Shown: positions 23,243 through 33,787 of the stretch, piece by piece
Layout: each line of letters starts with the position of its first letter
Numbering within the stretch: the first letter of the stretch is position 1
Sequence record: SRR31156797_2215
Direction: 5' to 3' (one strand)
Length of the DNA: 64,000 nt
The notes under the pieces: generated by a model
What the model saw: only the letters and a program-made list of their open reading frames with translations
Database searches by the model: none
What the model was told of the DNA's origin: nothing
Program-made: the position numbers and the translations under genes

Positions 23243-24550
23243 TTAAAACAGGTAATCATTCAAACGAGATTTCACATATTCAATGTGGCTGGATTCTAAT
23301 TCGATTTGATCATGCGCCAATGCGTAATCTGTCAGTGTTTCTAAGTTTTCCTCATCAGCAACGATCTTCGCTCCGATGCCTTCTTGGAACGAGGCGTACC
23401 GTTTTTCCTTCAACTCGTCTAAGAAGCGGTCTTCTTTCAGTTTCGCTGCTGCTTTCAACGCTCGGGCATACGTATCCATACCAGCGATGTGGGCTAACAA
23501 CAGATCTTCCATTTCAAATGACGAACGACGGACTTTAGAATCGAAGTTGATTCCTCCCGGTGCGATGCCGCCGTTTTCTAAGACTTCGTATAAAGCGAGT
23601 GTCGAGTCAAAAACGTTGGTTGGGAATTCATCCGTATCCCATCCTAACAGCATATCTCCTTGGTTGGCATCCAGTGAGCCTAATGCGTTATAGCTACGGG
23701 CAACGGCGATTTCATGTTCAAAGGTATGGCCAGCTAATGTTGCATGATTGGCTTCTAGGTTTAATTTGAAATCTCCTTCTAAGCCGTAGTGCTGAATGAA
23801 GGCCATCGTTGTCGCTGCATCAAAATCATATTGGTGTTTTGATGGTTCTTTTGGTTTCGGCTCTAATAAGAACTGCGGTTTATGACCGATTTTTTCGCCA
23901 TAAGCGATCGCCATTTTGAATAGACGGGCGATGTTGTCTTGTTCAAACTTCATGTCTGTATTCAACAAGGTTTCATAGCCTTCACGGCCACCCCAGAAGA
24001 CGTAGTTTTCGCCGCCTAATTTTTTCGAGATATCTAAGCCTTTTTTAACTTGGGCTGCTGCATACGCGTAAACTTCCGCATTATTGGTGGAAGCAGCGCC
24101 GTTGTTGAAACGAGGGTGTGAGAACATATTTGCTGTATTCCATAATAGTTTGATTCCCGTTTGTTCCATTTTTTCTTTGATCAAATCGGTGATTTCGTCT
24201 AAGTTTTGGAAAAATTCTTCTAACGTTTCTCCCGCAGGTGCCACGTCAACATCATGGAAACAGAAGAACTCTGCTCCTAATTTTTCGCAAATCTCAAAGA
24301 AAGCTTCTACTCGATTTTTCGCTGTTTCCATTTCGGTGTCACCGATCCACGTCCGTTTGTTGACGGGTGCGCCGAAAGGATCAGAGCCGTCTTGCGTCAT
24401 CGTATGCCAATAGGCGATTGCAAAACGTAGATGATCTTTCATTTTCTTGCCTAAAACAACTTCTTCGGCATCGTAGTGGCGAAATGCAAACATATTGTCT
24501 GTTTTAGGACCTTCGTAGCGGATTTTTTCGATTTCTGGGAAATAAGTCAT
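23243..24550 (-). CDS. xylA: Xylose isomerase
   Basis: AYWHT, FCFHDVD, VFWGGREGY, EPKPKEP, NLEANHA, GWDTDEF; GGAGG RBS before ATG 24550. Confidence 0.97.
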   Translation of the reverse strand: MTYFPEIEKIRYEGPKTDNMFAFRHYDAEEVVLGKKMKDHLRFAIAYWHTMTQDGSDPFGAPVNKRTWIGDTEMETAKNRVEAFFEICEKLGAEFFCFHDVDVAPAGETLEEFFQNLDEITDLIKEKMEQTGIKLLWNTANMFSHPRFNNGAASTNNAEVYAYAAAQVKKGLDISKKLGGENYVFWGGREGYETLLNTDMKFEQDNIARLFKMAIAYGEKIGHKPQFLLEPKPKEPSKHQYDFDAATTMAFIQHYGLEGDFKLNLEANHATLAGHTFEHEIAVARSYNALGSLDANQGDMLLGWDTDEFPTNVFDSTLALYEVLENGGIAPGGINFDSKVRRSSFEMEDLLLAHIAGMDTYARALKAAAKLKEDRFLDELKEKRYASFQEGIGAKIVADEENLETLTDYALAHDQIELESSHIEYVKSRLNDYLF

Positions 24551-24570
24551 TGTTGTTGCCTCCATTTTAT

Positions 24571-24593
24571 GTTTTTTAGTGTAATAAACTAAC
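24571..24593. promoter_or_regulatory. Putative XylR box upstream of xylA
   Basis: GTTTTTTAGTGTAATAAACTAAC, 23 bp, similar to boxes at 26215, 26363 and 32544. Confidence 0.65.
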
Positions 24594-24667
24594 TTACTTA
24601 GTTCCAATCATTTAGAACCAATAACGATTCCTCGCTTTGATCAAACAAATTGTCTGCTGCCATTACG

Positions 24668-26164
24668 CTATTCGAGCTGCGCCAACGCATGGCAGATAGG
24701 CGCGGTCTGCTGGTAGACGGTCCGGTAGATCCCATAGATTTCTTGGTATTTGGCGACATTTTCAGGAATCGGTGCAATTGCCTTGCTGTATTTGACAAAG
24801 GCGTTAACACAAGCGGCCGCATCTGGATAAATGCCGCTGCCGATTGCTGCCAGCATTGCTGCGCCCATACCTGGACCTTGTTCAGTAGATAAAGTCAGCA
24901 TTTCTGCATTAAAAATATCGGCTTGCATTTGCAGCCATTCGGCATTTTTCGCACCGCCCCCCACAGAAACGATCTGGGTGAATTTCCGCTGTGCTCGTTC
25001 TTCCATGATCATTTGGGAATCTTTCAGAGAGAAGGTGATCCCTTCTAAGACGGCACGACTGAAATGCTTTTCGCGATGCCGTGTGTCAATGCCAATAAAA
25101 CTTCCCCTGATTTGGCTGTCGGTATGTGGTGTGCGTTCGCCCACGATATAAGGCGTAAACAGCAGGCCTTCTGCCCCCGGTTTTACCTCACTGATCGCTG
25201 AAAGCAATTCCTGAAACGATTGGTTTGGGGCAAACGTATCACGATACCAGCTTAAGGAATTTCCAGCGGCTAACGTGACCCCCATTGAATACAACTTGTC
25301 TTTGATCGCATGACGGAAAAGGTGTAGATCGCCTTGATAATCAACCTCTTGCGCTTCTTCAAAGGATAAGAACACACCGCTAGTGCCAATCGACACCATG
25401 CCGACACCTTCGGCGATGATCCCTGAACCTAATGCAGCACAGGCATTGTCTGCGCCACCTGCATAGATCGTCACCTCTTGTTCAAAGCCAAAGGCTTCTT
25501 GCAGTTCTTTTCGCATTTTCCCTACAGGCGCTGCTGATTCAAAAAGCGGCGGCAGTAAATCCGATGCGATTGCGAATTTTTCTAGAATGGCTTCAGACCA
25601 GCACTTCTTTTCGATATCCAGCAGTAACGTACCCGCCGCATCAGAATAATCCATCGAATAGTTACCAGTCAGCCAAAAAGCCAAGTAGTCTTTTGGCAAC
25701 ATCATGTGACGAACTTGTTGCCAATGTTCAGGCTCGTGTTCTTGGACCCATAAAATTTTGGGTAAGGTGAACCCTTCCAAAGCAATATTCTTGGTGATTG
25801 CTTTTATTTCCTCTCCAAAGGATGCCATGATCGCTTGACATTGTTTGGTGGTTCGAACGTCATTCCATAATATTGCCGGACGAATGACTCGGTTTTCTTC
25901 ATCCAATAAAACAAGACTATGCATTTGCCCGGAAAAGCTGATGCCGATCAATTCTTTCTGCAACGTTGGAAGCTGCTGGATCAAGGTTTTGATTACCTTA
26001 TCTGCCGCCTCTTGCCAATGCACAGGCTCTTGCTCACTGAACCCCGGTCTAGGGGATGACAATGGATAGTCAACACTTGCTGTTCCTTGGAGTTCCCCGG
26101 TTTGATCAAAAACTAAGCCTTTTAACGCACTTGTTCCTAGATCCAACCCTAAAAAATAAGCCAT
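24668..26164 (-). CDS. xylB: Xylulokinase
   Basis: GLDLGTS, SGQMHSLV, ILWNDVR, GGADNAC, GERTP; adjacent to xylA. Confidence 0.96.
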   Translation of the reverse strand: MAYFLGLDLGTSALKGLVFDQTGELQGTASVDYPLSSPRPGFSEQEPVHWQEAADKVIKTLIQQLPTLQKELIGISFSGQMHSLVLLDEENRVIRPAILWNDVRTTKQCQAIMASFGEEIKAITKNIALEGFTLPKILWVQEHEPEHWQQVRHMMLPKDYLAFWLTGNYSMDYSDAAGTLLLDIEKKCWSEAILEKFAIASDLLPPLFESAAPVGKMRKELQEAFGFEQEVTIYAGGADNACAALGSGIIAEGVGMVSIGTSGVFLSFEEAQEVDYQGDLHLFRHAIKDKLYSMGVTLAAGNSLSWYRDTFAPNQSFQELLSAISEVKPGAEGLLFTPYIVGERTPHTDSQIRGSFIGIDTRHREKHFSRAVLEGITFSLKDSQMIMEERAQRKFTQIVSVGGGAKNAEWLQMQADIFNAEMLTLSTEQGPGMGAAMLAAIGSGIYPDAAACVNAFVKYSKAIAPIPENVAKYQEIYGIYRTVYQQTAPICHALAQLE

Positions 26165-26214
26165 CTCTTCTCTCCTTCCTCTGTTTGAAGCAGTTAACCA
26201 TTGCCTCTCAATAG

Positions 26215-26237
26215 GTTAATTAGCATTCAAAACTAAC
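26215..26237. promoter_or_regulatory. Putative XylR box downstream of the xylB promoter
   Basis: GTTAATTAGCATTCAAAACTAAC. Confidence 0.7.
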
Positions 26238-26244
26238 TAATTGG

Positions 26245-26283
26245 ATAGTAAACGATTCTCGTATTTCTGTCAAGCGCTTTCAA
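26245..26283 (-). promoter_or_regulatory. xylB promoter TTGACA-17-TACTAT with cre TGAAAGCGCTTGAC over the -35
   Basis: Consensus -35, 17-bp spacer, good cre match. Confidence 0.75.
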
Positions 26284-26353
26284 CGATTCTTTCTTTGATT
26301 TTCGTTCTCAAACTGCTGCTCCTACATTCTTCCTCTTTTCTTTATTCTTCAGC

Positions 26354-26385
26354 TTGCACAATATTAATTTGCACGGTAAACTAAC
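26354..26385 (+). promoter_or_regulatory. xylR promoter TTGCAC-17-TAAACT overlapped by a XylR-like box (26363-26385)
   Basis: ATTAATTTGCACGGTAAACTAAC aligns with the 26215 box. Confidence 0.6.
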
Positions 26386-26414
26386 ACTAATCACATCTAT
26401 GAAGAGGAGAACAC

Positions 26415-27593
26415 ATGATTATCAATAAAATGGGCATACGCGAACAAAATGAAGCGGCTGTATTGAAGACGATTATTGACAATGAAAATGTGTCACGAGC
26501 GGAAGTATCAAATTTGACCCATCTCAATAAAGCGTCTGTTTCTCAAATAACCAAAAAACTGATCGACACGGACTTCGTTCGCGAAGTCGGCATTGGGGAT
26601 TCCACTTCGATCGGTGGTCGCAAACCGATTCAATTGCAATTCAATCACCGCAGCAGCTTAGCTGTTACCTTTGACATCGGCTATAACTATGTTCGTGGAA
26701 TGCTTTCTTATATCAATGGCGAGATGATCGCCTCCGCCGATCATTCCCATGAATTGATCACCAAAGAAAATGTACTGGCGACGATCGATTCCATGATGAA
26801 AGAATTTTGGCCGCAAATGCCGCAAACCACTCATGGATTAGTAGGAATCTGTTTGGCGATCCACGGCATCGTTCACAATCAGACGATCACCTTTGCCCCC
26901 TACTACGACTTGGAACACTTTGATTTGATCGCCCCTTTGAGCCAAAAATACAATACGGCGGTCTATATAGAGAACGAAGCCAATCTGACGGCTTTAGGCG
27001 AGTACTGTTTTTCTTCTGATTCCACGAATTTACTGAGCGTCAGCGTCCATAGTGGGATCGGTGTCGGAATCATCGTTGATGGGCAGCTACAAACCGGTAC
27101 TCACGGCATGGCGGGGGAAGTTGGTCATTCTACGCTCTTTCCTCACGGCAACTTGTGCCCTTGCGGCAATCGAGGCTGCTTAGAGCAATATGCGTCGAAC
27201 AAAGTCTTGTTTGACACCTACAGTCACTATACAAAAACTGCGTTCGTTAATTCGGATACCTTTGCACAAGCCTATCATGCCGGAGAAAAATCAGCAGTCG
27301 AATTGGCGCAACAAAATGTTGAGTTTCTTAGTATTGGGCTAAACAATGTCATCACTTTTTCTGATCCCGAAGAAGTCTATATCAACAGCTCAGTCTATCG
27401 CAAAATTCCTGATTTATTACTGGCGCTGCAGCAAAAATTGACCAGTCAGTTCACCAAAAACACGAAGATCAAAAACAGTCGATTAGGCGATCAAGCCCCG
27501 CTGTTTGGCGGCAACGTTCTAGTGGCAAAACATTTCTTGAATATCAACGATTTGCGCTTTGCGGCACTTGATCTCTCCCGTGCGATCCGTTAA
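26415..27593 (+). CDS. xylR: Xylose repressor, ROK family
   Basis: N-terminal HTH, GGRKP, ENEAN, GEVGH, CPCGNRGCLE; divergent from xylBA. Confidence 0.9.
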   Translation: MIINKMGIREQNEAAVLKTIIDNENVSRAEVSNLTHLNKASVSQITKKLIDTDFVREVGIGDSTSIGGRKPIQLQFNHRSSLAVTFDIGYNYVRGMLSYINGEMIASADHSHELITKENVLATIDSMMKEFWPQMPQTTHGLVGICLAIHGIVHNQTITFAPYYDLEHFDLIAPLSQKYNTAVYIENEANLTALGEYCFSSDSTNLLSVSVHSGIGVGIIVDGQLQTGTHGMAGEVGHSTLFPHGNLCPCGNRGCLEQYASNKVLFDTYSHYTKTAFVNSDTFAQAYHAGEKSAVELAQQNVEFLSIGLNNVITFSDPEEVYINSSVYRKIPDLLLALQQKLTSQFTKNTKIKNSRLGDQAPLFGGNVLVAKHFLNINDLRFAALDLSRAIR

Positions 27594-27597
27594 ATGA

Positions 27598-27632
27598 ATG
27601 CTGGACTGAAAACTCAGTCCAGCGTTTTCTTT
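27598..27632. terminator. Intrinsic terminator between convergent xylR and the ABC operon
   Basis: GCTGGACTGA-AAAC-TCAGTCCAGC followed by GTTTTCTTT. Confidence 0.85.
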
Positions 27633-27648
27633 TGGTAAAAGGGTCTCG

Positions 27649-28482
27649 CTATCCTTTGATTCCGCCAGCCGTCACACCGCCCACGATGTATTTCGATAGA
27701 AACAGGTAAATCAGCAGTAAAGGAATAATACTTAATGAGATCCCTAGATACATACTGCCAAATTCAGTACGGTAAACATCAGTTTTCAACAATTGGACCA
27801 GCATCGGCAACGTATACTTTTCCGTATCGTTGATCAAGATCAAGGGCATCAAGAAATTATTCCACGAGGTCACGAACGAGAAAATCGCCATGGTAGCTAA
27901 GCCCGGTTTCATCAAAGGCAACATGATGCGATGGAAAATTTTGATTTCGCCGGCTCCGTCTAAACGAGCAGAATCTGCCAAATCAGGATGATAGATCGTT
28001 TCTAAGTATTGCTTTAAGAAAAAAACGGTAGCGGGTGATGCAATCGCTGGTAAAATCAATGGCAGAAAATTATTTAAGAGTCCTAAGCGATTCATAAATT
28101 GATAAAAACCGATCATGCTGATTTGCTGAGGAATCATGATCAGCCCAAGAATGACAGCAAACAGGACTTTCTTGCCACGAAATTCATAGGCGATCACGCC
28201 ATAAGCCGTCAGCGCCGAAAAATACACATTGAGAACGGTAGCACCAGCAGCAATCAGGAAACTATTTTTAAACCCATTGAAAACATTGAAGCCTCTGCCC
28301 ATTAAGACGGACCAGTTGTATTGGAGATTACCGCCGGGCCACAAGGACAGCCCTTGCTGGATCTGTTCCGCTGAACGGGTTGCATTGACTAAGACGACCC
28401 AAAACGGCAGTATACTTAGGATGGTCAGCAACACCAAAAAGACATAGATCAACAATCGTTTTGCTCGATAGCTATTTTCCAT
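27649..28482 (-). CDS. Carbohydrate ABC permease (MalG-like)
   Basis: DLADSARLDGAGE EAA loop; ends GVTAGGIKG. Confidence 0.92.
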   Translation of the reverse strand: MENSYRAKRLLIYVFLVLLTILSILPFWVVLVNATRSAEQIQQGLSLWPGGNLQYNWSVLMGRGFNVFNGFKNSFLIAAGATVLNVYFSALTAYGVIAYEFRGKKVLFAVILGLIMIPQQISMIGFYQFMNRLGLLNNFLPLILPAIASPATVFFLKQYLETIYHPDLADSARLDGAGEIKIFHRIMLPLMKPGLATMAIFSFVTSWNNFLMPLILINDTEKYTLPMLVQLLKTDVYRTEFGSMYLGISLSIIPLLLIYLFLSKYIVGGVTAGGIKG

Positions 28483-29394
28483 TTATTTTCGCCCCACTTT
28501 GCTGTTTTCTTTGAAAAATTGAAACAATAACGTGCTTAATACGATTGAAAGTACCAATAATAGTACCGACGCGGTTGCGGCAACGTTGAAATTCCGACTC
28601 CCGGTAAAGGCCTGGTTGTAGATGAACATCGTGATCGTTAAGACACTATTGTTGGGATTACCGTTTGTCAGCAAAAAAGGAATGTCGAACATTTGCAAGC
28701 CGCCTATCAAGGACGTCACCAATGTATAAAGCAAGATTGGTTTTAACAAAGGCAGCGTGATCTTGCGAAAAATTTGACCATCATTGGCTCCATCGACCAT
28801 TGCTGATTCAAAAAGAGCATCATCAATGCTCAAAATGCCCGAAACCAAAACGATCGTTGTCTGACCATACCACATCCAAAATTGGATGAAGGAAACGATC
28901 AGCCGAGTGCCCGTTTCACTACGGAAAAAGTCATAGGGCTGGTCCAAAACACCGAAATGCTGCAAGACTAGGTTGATCGGACCTAACGGAAAACTGAACA
29001 AAACAAAAAATAAGATTGCTACTGAAGCCGCAGTAATGATGTTGGGTAAGTAAAAAGCGACTTTGAAGAAGCCTTTCCCTCGCAAGCGCAGCTTGATATT
29101 GGTAAACCATGCCGCCAACAACAAAGCCAAGCCAATTTGAGGGACAAAGTTTACGCCCCACAAAATAAAAGTATTGCTGATGGATTTTAAAAATAACGGG
29201 TTGCGAAAAATCGCAAAATAGTTATCCAGTCCGACAAGATTGGCAGCTGGATTCCACCCTTTTAGATCTGTAAAGCTCAGGTAAATCGTATAGAGAATTG
29301 GATAAAGCTGAAAAACCAAGAATGCTAGAAAAAATGGTGCGATAAATAATAGCCCATAGCGATGATACTGTTCAAATCTTCTCTTATTCTGCAT
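28483..29394 (-). CDS. Carbohydrate ABC permease (MalF-like)
   Basis: LFIAPFF, LFESAMVDGA, GGLQMFD; start set to ATG 29394. Confidence 0.92.
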   Translation of the reverse strand: MQNKRRFEQYHRYGLLFIAPFFLAFLVFQLYPILYTIYLSFTDLKGWNPAANLVGLDNYFAIFRNPLFLKSISNTFILWGVNFVPQIGLALLLAAWFTNIKLRLRGKGFFKVAFYLPNIITAASVAILFFVLFSFPLGPINLVLQHFGVLDQPYDFFRSETGTRLIVSFIQFWMWYGQTTIVLVSGILSIDDALFESAMVDGANDGQIFRKITLPLLKPILLYTLVTSLIGGLQMFDIPFLLTNGNPNNSVLTITMFIYNQAFTGSRNFNVAATASVLLLVLSIVLSTLLFQFFKENSKVGRK

Positions 29395-29522
29395 CGTAAT
29401 CCCCCTGATATTTTTTTCTTCTACTGCCAACTTCTGCCTGTAAAGACAAGCCCTTTAAGCAGCGCATAGTACCTAGAAAAGGTTGAAACCGACCCCGTCT
29501 TCGGTGCCGGTTTCAACAACAC

Positions 29523-30848
29523 CTAATCTACTTGAACATCTGGATAAGCATTGACGACCGCATCTTTAAAGTTTTGGATCGCCGTTTCCTGATCCACTTC
29601 GCCTTTTGAATATGGTGTCAAACAACTATCCGTAAAGAGGGTTTCAATCGTTTGGTCATACTCGGTCAGAATTTTCGCGTTGATGTCTTGAACCATATCG
29701 GCAAATTCTGCATAGTGGTTTTGACCGCCTAAAAATTCCTCTTCATATTCGGCTTTAATTTCTTCAACGACTCGCTCATTCGATACAAAATCACCGGTAT
29801 CTTCGGCCCATTGTTTTAAAAATGCTTGATCTGTGGTCAAGTAAGCCACCAATTGCGCAGCTTCTTCTTGCATCTCAGAATTTGCCGTAGCACCGATCCA
29901 TGTGCCGCCCCAGAACCACGACGACGGTCCTTGGATCATGCGCCAGTCCCCTTCTGTTGAGCTGGAGTTATCGGCAGCTGTCGCATTTGGTTTTAACCAA
30001 TAGTGCAGCCCCCATGTCGGCAAACTATAACCGAATACATTGTCGCCATTCATTCCAGCAAACCAAGCTTCTGATTGTCCTTCTGTATCTCGTGTCAGGC
30101 CTTCTTCTACAAATTTTCGTGATACATCCAACAAGTCATACAAACTGTCGTCGATCACTAATTTGCTGTCTTCAACCCAGCCATGTTCGCGTTGTCCATA
30201 AAAAGGCTTCGCCAAATCTTGGACACTAGAGATCATATAGGTGGTTCCACCACTTTTTTCTTTGACTGCTTTGGCTTCCTCATAGAACTTGTCATAGTCT
30301 GACAAGGCCGCTTGCGCAGCCGCTGGATCATCGATTCCTAGCAGCTCTTCTGCCATCGATGCTCGGTAATAAAACCCGCCAGGAGCAGCTTGCCAAGCCA
30401 AGGCATGAAGAACCCCGTCTTTTGAAGTCCCTACGTCTTTGACATATTGATACGTATCTGCCGCGGCTTCATCAAGCCCCAGTGAACCAAGGTCTGCCAT
30501 CATGCCTGATTCCACATATTTTTTGACAAAGGCAGATTCTAAAGCAATCACATCTGGTGCATCTTTGGAACCGAGAATCGGATCGAGCTTGGTCTCGAAT
30601 TGGTCAGAAGGAATCTCCACGATCCGAATGTCATAGGCCAAGTCGTCATTCGCCGGCAAATAGTAATCATTGATCATCGTTGATAATTCTGAAGTAAAGG
30701 TCCAAACCACGAGTTCATCCTTGCCACTACTTCCCGTTGCGCTATTATCTGAGCTGCTGTTTCCAGAACCATTCCCGCAGCCACTAAGCATAAAAGCTGC
30801 TAAGCCCGCCAATGACACTGTTTGTAAGACCCGTTTCCAATTTTTCAT
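29523..30848 (-). CDS. Sugar ABC substrate-binding lipoprotein (xylo-oligosaccharide candidate)
   Basis: LSGC lipobox, Ser-rich linker, WGGTW; overlaps the GH43 stop. Confidence 0.88.
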   Translation of the reverse strand: MKNWKRVLQTVSLAGLAAFMLSGCGNGSGNSSSDNSATGSSGKDELVVWTFTSELSTMINDYYLPANDDLAYDIRIVEIPSDQFETKLDPILGSKDAPDVIALESAFVKKYVESGMMADLGSLGLDEAAADTYQYVKDVGTSKDGVLHALAWQAAPGGFYYRASMAEELLGIDDPAAAQAALSDYDKFYEEAKAVKEKSGGTTYMISSVQDLAKPFYGQREHGWVEDSKLVIDDSLYDLLDVSRKFVEEGLTRDTEGQSEAWFAGMNGDNVFGYSLPTWGLHYWLKPNATAADNSSSTEGDWRMIQGPSSWFWGGTWIGATANSEMQEEAAQLVAYLTTDQAFLKQWAEDTGDFVSNERVVEEIKAEYEEEFLGGQNHYAEFADMVQDINAKILTEYDQTIETLFTDSCLTPYSKGEVDQETAIQNFKDAVVNAYPDVQVD

Positions 30849-32461
30849 CTTTCTTCCTCCTCGATTTTTTGATAGTCAAATGAATCAAAATCAGCAGCCA
30901 AACGATTGCCGGTCGTATCGATCGCAAACATCCCTACAAAAGCCCCTGTAAAGAACCCACCGTAATGTTCTGCTACATAGTCGTCAGACAATTGCAAGCT
31001 GTCAAATAGCTGATCGATGACCTGCCACTCATTTTGATCAAACGAGTACGCGTATTGATAGTGGGCATAATTAACGATCGTTTTGAAGTAGACTGTTTGT
31101 ACATCGGCTGGTATCACAACTTCTGGTGCTTTTTGACTCTTCAGTTGGCCCTTTTCGCTTGTCAATACAGTGATGATTCTGCCTTTCGTCTCATCATGAG
31201 TGATGTAGATCGCCGACCAGTTTTGTGTATTGTAGTAATTCGTCATGCCTGCTAACTGTAGAAACGAGGTCGGTGAAAATTCGACGGCAGTCGTTGCTTC
31301 GAAACGAAAATCGCTCCATCTTCTTGCCACCAGTGCTTGATGGAACAAGGAATTGAACGACTCTCGCCCATACAAGCGCAAGTACCCTGGTCGTGCGGTC
31401 AAATTACCGATTTCCTCAGAAAAAGGAATCCGCAAGGTTTGAAACACTGGTGCCAACGACGCCTCTTCAAAATCATCAAAGCCTGATTCTGTTTCCCACG
31501 GATGTTCGGGCAGCTGTGGCTGTGGGACTTCCTCTTTTGGAAAGTTTCCGCCTGTGATATACGGCCAATCATTTTCCCAATAAACAGACTGGATCGCTGT
31601 TTCTCGTCCGAGCGGGCAATAGCCGCGATTTTCTAAGAGGGGCGTTTCGGGATACTTCAGCGCTCGCCCTGTTAAGTGAACAAAATACCATTCATCGGTC
31701 TGCGTTTTCACAAATGAACCATGGCCAGCTTTTTGTAGCAGGATCTCTGGCTGTCCCCAGGAACTGATCAGAGGGTTTTGAGGATGAACTTCATAAGGCC
31801 CTTCGATGTGCGTCCCACGAGCGATGGTACTTGCATGTTCAAACTTGGTGCCGCCTTCTGCCGTCAATAAATAATAATAGCCGTTCACTTTATACATAAC
31901 CGGTGCTTCCGTCAATTTGCGCTCTGTTCCTTTGAAGATTATTTTGGGCTGCCCCACCAATTTCTTGGCTTGCCAATCAAACTCTTGGAGAGCGATCCCG
32001 TAAAAGGAATGGTTTGTCGGGCGATAATCCCAAACCATGTTCAGAAAATATTTTTTGCCGTCGTCGTCATGAAATAACGAGGGATCGAAACCAGAAGAAT
32101 TCATATAAATTGGTTCTGACCAATCCCCATCAATGGTTTCACAGGTGATCAAATAATTGTTCACATCTTTCCAACTATTAGATTGTGTTTTGACATCTGA
32201 ATAAATCAACCAAAAACGACCATCACTGTAACTTAAGTTTGGCGCCCAAACGCCCCCGGAATCAGGGTTTCCTAGCATATTCAACTGACTGACACGATTG
32301 ACTGGTGTACTGATCAAGCGCCAGTTCTTCAAATCCTTCGAATGGAAGATGCGCACACCTGGAAACCATTCAAAGGTCGACGTAGCAATGTAATAATCTT
32401 CTCCTGCACGACAAATACTCGGGTCTGGATGAAAGCCTGTTAGTATCGGATTGGTAATCAA
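30845..32461 (-). CDS. xynB: Beta-xylosidase, GH43 (XynB-like)
   Basis: NPILTGFHPDPSICR, GGVWAP, GFDPSLFHDDDG, TEAP, LGRET, FFTGAFVG; TTG start after GAGGAGG. Confidence 0.9.
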   Translation of the reverse strand: MITNPILTGFHPDPSICRAGEDYYIATSTFEWFPGVRIFHSKDLKNWRLISTPVNRVSQLNMLGNPDSGGVWAPNLSYSDGRFWLIYSDVKTQSNSWKDVNNYLITCETIDGDWSEPIYMNSSGFDPSLFHDDDGKKYFLNMVWDYRPTNHSFYGIALQEFDWQAKKLVGQPKIIFKGTERKLTEAPVMYKVNGYYYLLTAEGGTKFEHASTIARGTHIEGPYEVHPQNPLISSWGQPEILLQKAGHGSFVKTQTDEWYFVHLTGRALKYPETPLLENRGYCPLGRETAIQSVYWENDWPYITGGNFPKEEVPQPQLPEHPWETESGFDDFEEASLAPVFQTLRIPFSEEIGNLTARPGYLRLYGRESFNSLFHQALVARRWSDFRFEATTAVEFSPTSFLQLAGMTNYYNTQNWSAIYITHDETKGRIITVLTSEKGQLKSQKAPEVVIPADVQTVYFKTIVNYAHYQYAYSFDQNEWQVIDQLFDSLQLSDDYVAEHYGGFFTGAFVGMFAIDTTGNRLAADFDSFDYQKIEEEER

Positions 32462-32543
32462 AAAAATTTCCTCCTCTTTCCCTTTTTGGCATTTTGTGAT
32501 TCAACTGAGAGTCAGTAGGAATGAACTTCTTTCAGTTAGTAAG

Positions 32544-32566
32544 TTTTCTTTACTAATATACCTAAC
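32544..32566. promoter_or_regulatory. Weaker XylR-like box upstream of xynB
   Basis: TTTTCTTTACTAATATACCTAAC shares the CTAAC end and 23-bp layout. Confidence 0.45.
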
Positions 32567-32727
32567 TAAAAAAAGAAACTTGTTACTGCAGTCAATTTTA
32601 AAAATATTCACTAATCATTGTTCTATTTACTTTCTTCAGCTGAACTGTCATAATTATAAAATGAAATCGCTATCATTCACAGGACGATTTCCACACATCG
32701 ATAGACAAAAAATGGAGGAAAGATTGC

Positions 32728-33522
32728 GTGACCATTTTAGAAGAATATCATTTTGGCGAATACCTAGGCGTTTCCAGTTACCATCCCTACTCGCTTAATT
32801 ACATGGAACATTTTCATCGTTCCTTTGAATTGCTTTTTTGTAGTGACGGCGAAGCGGTTGTCAAAATCGAAGAAAGTCCCTATGTCCTTACAACTGGCCA
32901 AGTGTTATTAGTCATGCCTTACCAGACCCATGCCATCGAAACCCCTAAGGAATCACAACTGCATATTCTGGTTTTTTCGCCGGAGTTTATTCCAGATTTT
33001 TATGCCAAAACCAAAGATTTCGCTTTGTCAGATCCCGTTATCACCATTGATCCGTCTGTCGCAAATCAGCTGTATTATCCTTTATTTGAAACGGATTCCC
33101 TCTATTTACGAAAATCGGCACTGTATCAAGTCCTTTACCTTTTTGAGCACCAAACGACTTTACTACCAGCCAAAAACCAAGAGGATATCCTGATCCAGCT
33201 GCTTGCCTATATCGAGTCACACTTCAAAGAAGAGCTGACGCTCGAAAAACTAAGCAGCAGTATCGGTTATAGTAGCGTCTACGTTTCCAGAATGATCACT
33301 GAGAAATTGAAAAGCACCTTTCCTCGGCTTTTGAATCAAGCAAGAATTCGCCATGCCTCTTTTTTGCTGACTCATAGTCTCTTGCCGATTACGGAAGTAG
33401 CAGAACAGGCTGGCTTTCAAAATGTGCGAACCTTCAATCGAAATTTCAAAGCTTTGACCTCACTGACTCCGAAAGAATACCGCTTAACACACAATGCTCA
33501 TTTTTCATTGCTGAAGGAATAG
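32728..33522 (+). CDS. AraC family regulator (cupin + HTH)
   Basis: HFHRSFEL cupin motif; AGFQNVRTFNRNFK..TPKEYR. Confidence 0.92.
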   Translation: MTILEEYHFGEYLGVSSYHPYSLNYMEHFHRSFELLFCSDGEAVVKIEESPYVLTTGQVLLVMPYQTHAIETPKESQLHILVFSPEFIPDFYAKTKDFALSDPVITIDPSVANQLYYPLFETDSLYLRKSALYQVLYLFEHQTTLLPAKNQEDILIQLLAYIESHFKEELTLEKLSSSIGYSSVYVSRMITEKLKSTFPRLLNQARIRHASFLLTHSLLPITEVAEQAGFQNVRTFNRNFKALTSLTPKEYRLTHNAHFSLLKE

Positions 33523-33530
33523 CAAAACAA

Positions 33531-33566
33531 AAAAGCAGCTTCACTTACCTATAAAGTGAGCTGCTA
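33531..33566. terminator. Hairpin terminator between convergent araC and HAD genes
   Basis: AAAAGCAGCTTCACTT...AAGTGAGCTGCT. Confidence 0.7.
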
Positions 33567-33787
33567 CAATCTTACTCGTTATTCTAGTCAGCCTTTTGCC
33601 ACGTTCCCAGAAAGTAGTGAAAAACGTTCTAACGCTCCCCTTCTTCATAGAGAAATGAGCAGGAAAAAACCAATTGCCAAAATGAACCTTTGTTGTTTTA
33701 CCGATTCCGCAACGCTATGCCTGATTTACAGCACCGTATGTTCTTGCTTAATGCCGTTTGCTTGATCGAAGCTTCTTGGAACATCGA

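Noticed and set aside
32451-32798. 115-aa plus-strand ORF across the xynB-araC intergenic region
   Set aside because: Spans AT-rich divergent promoters and overlaps both genes; no RBS.
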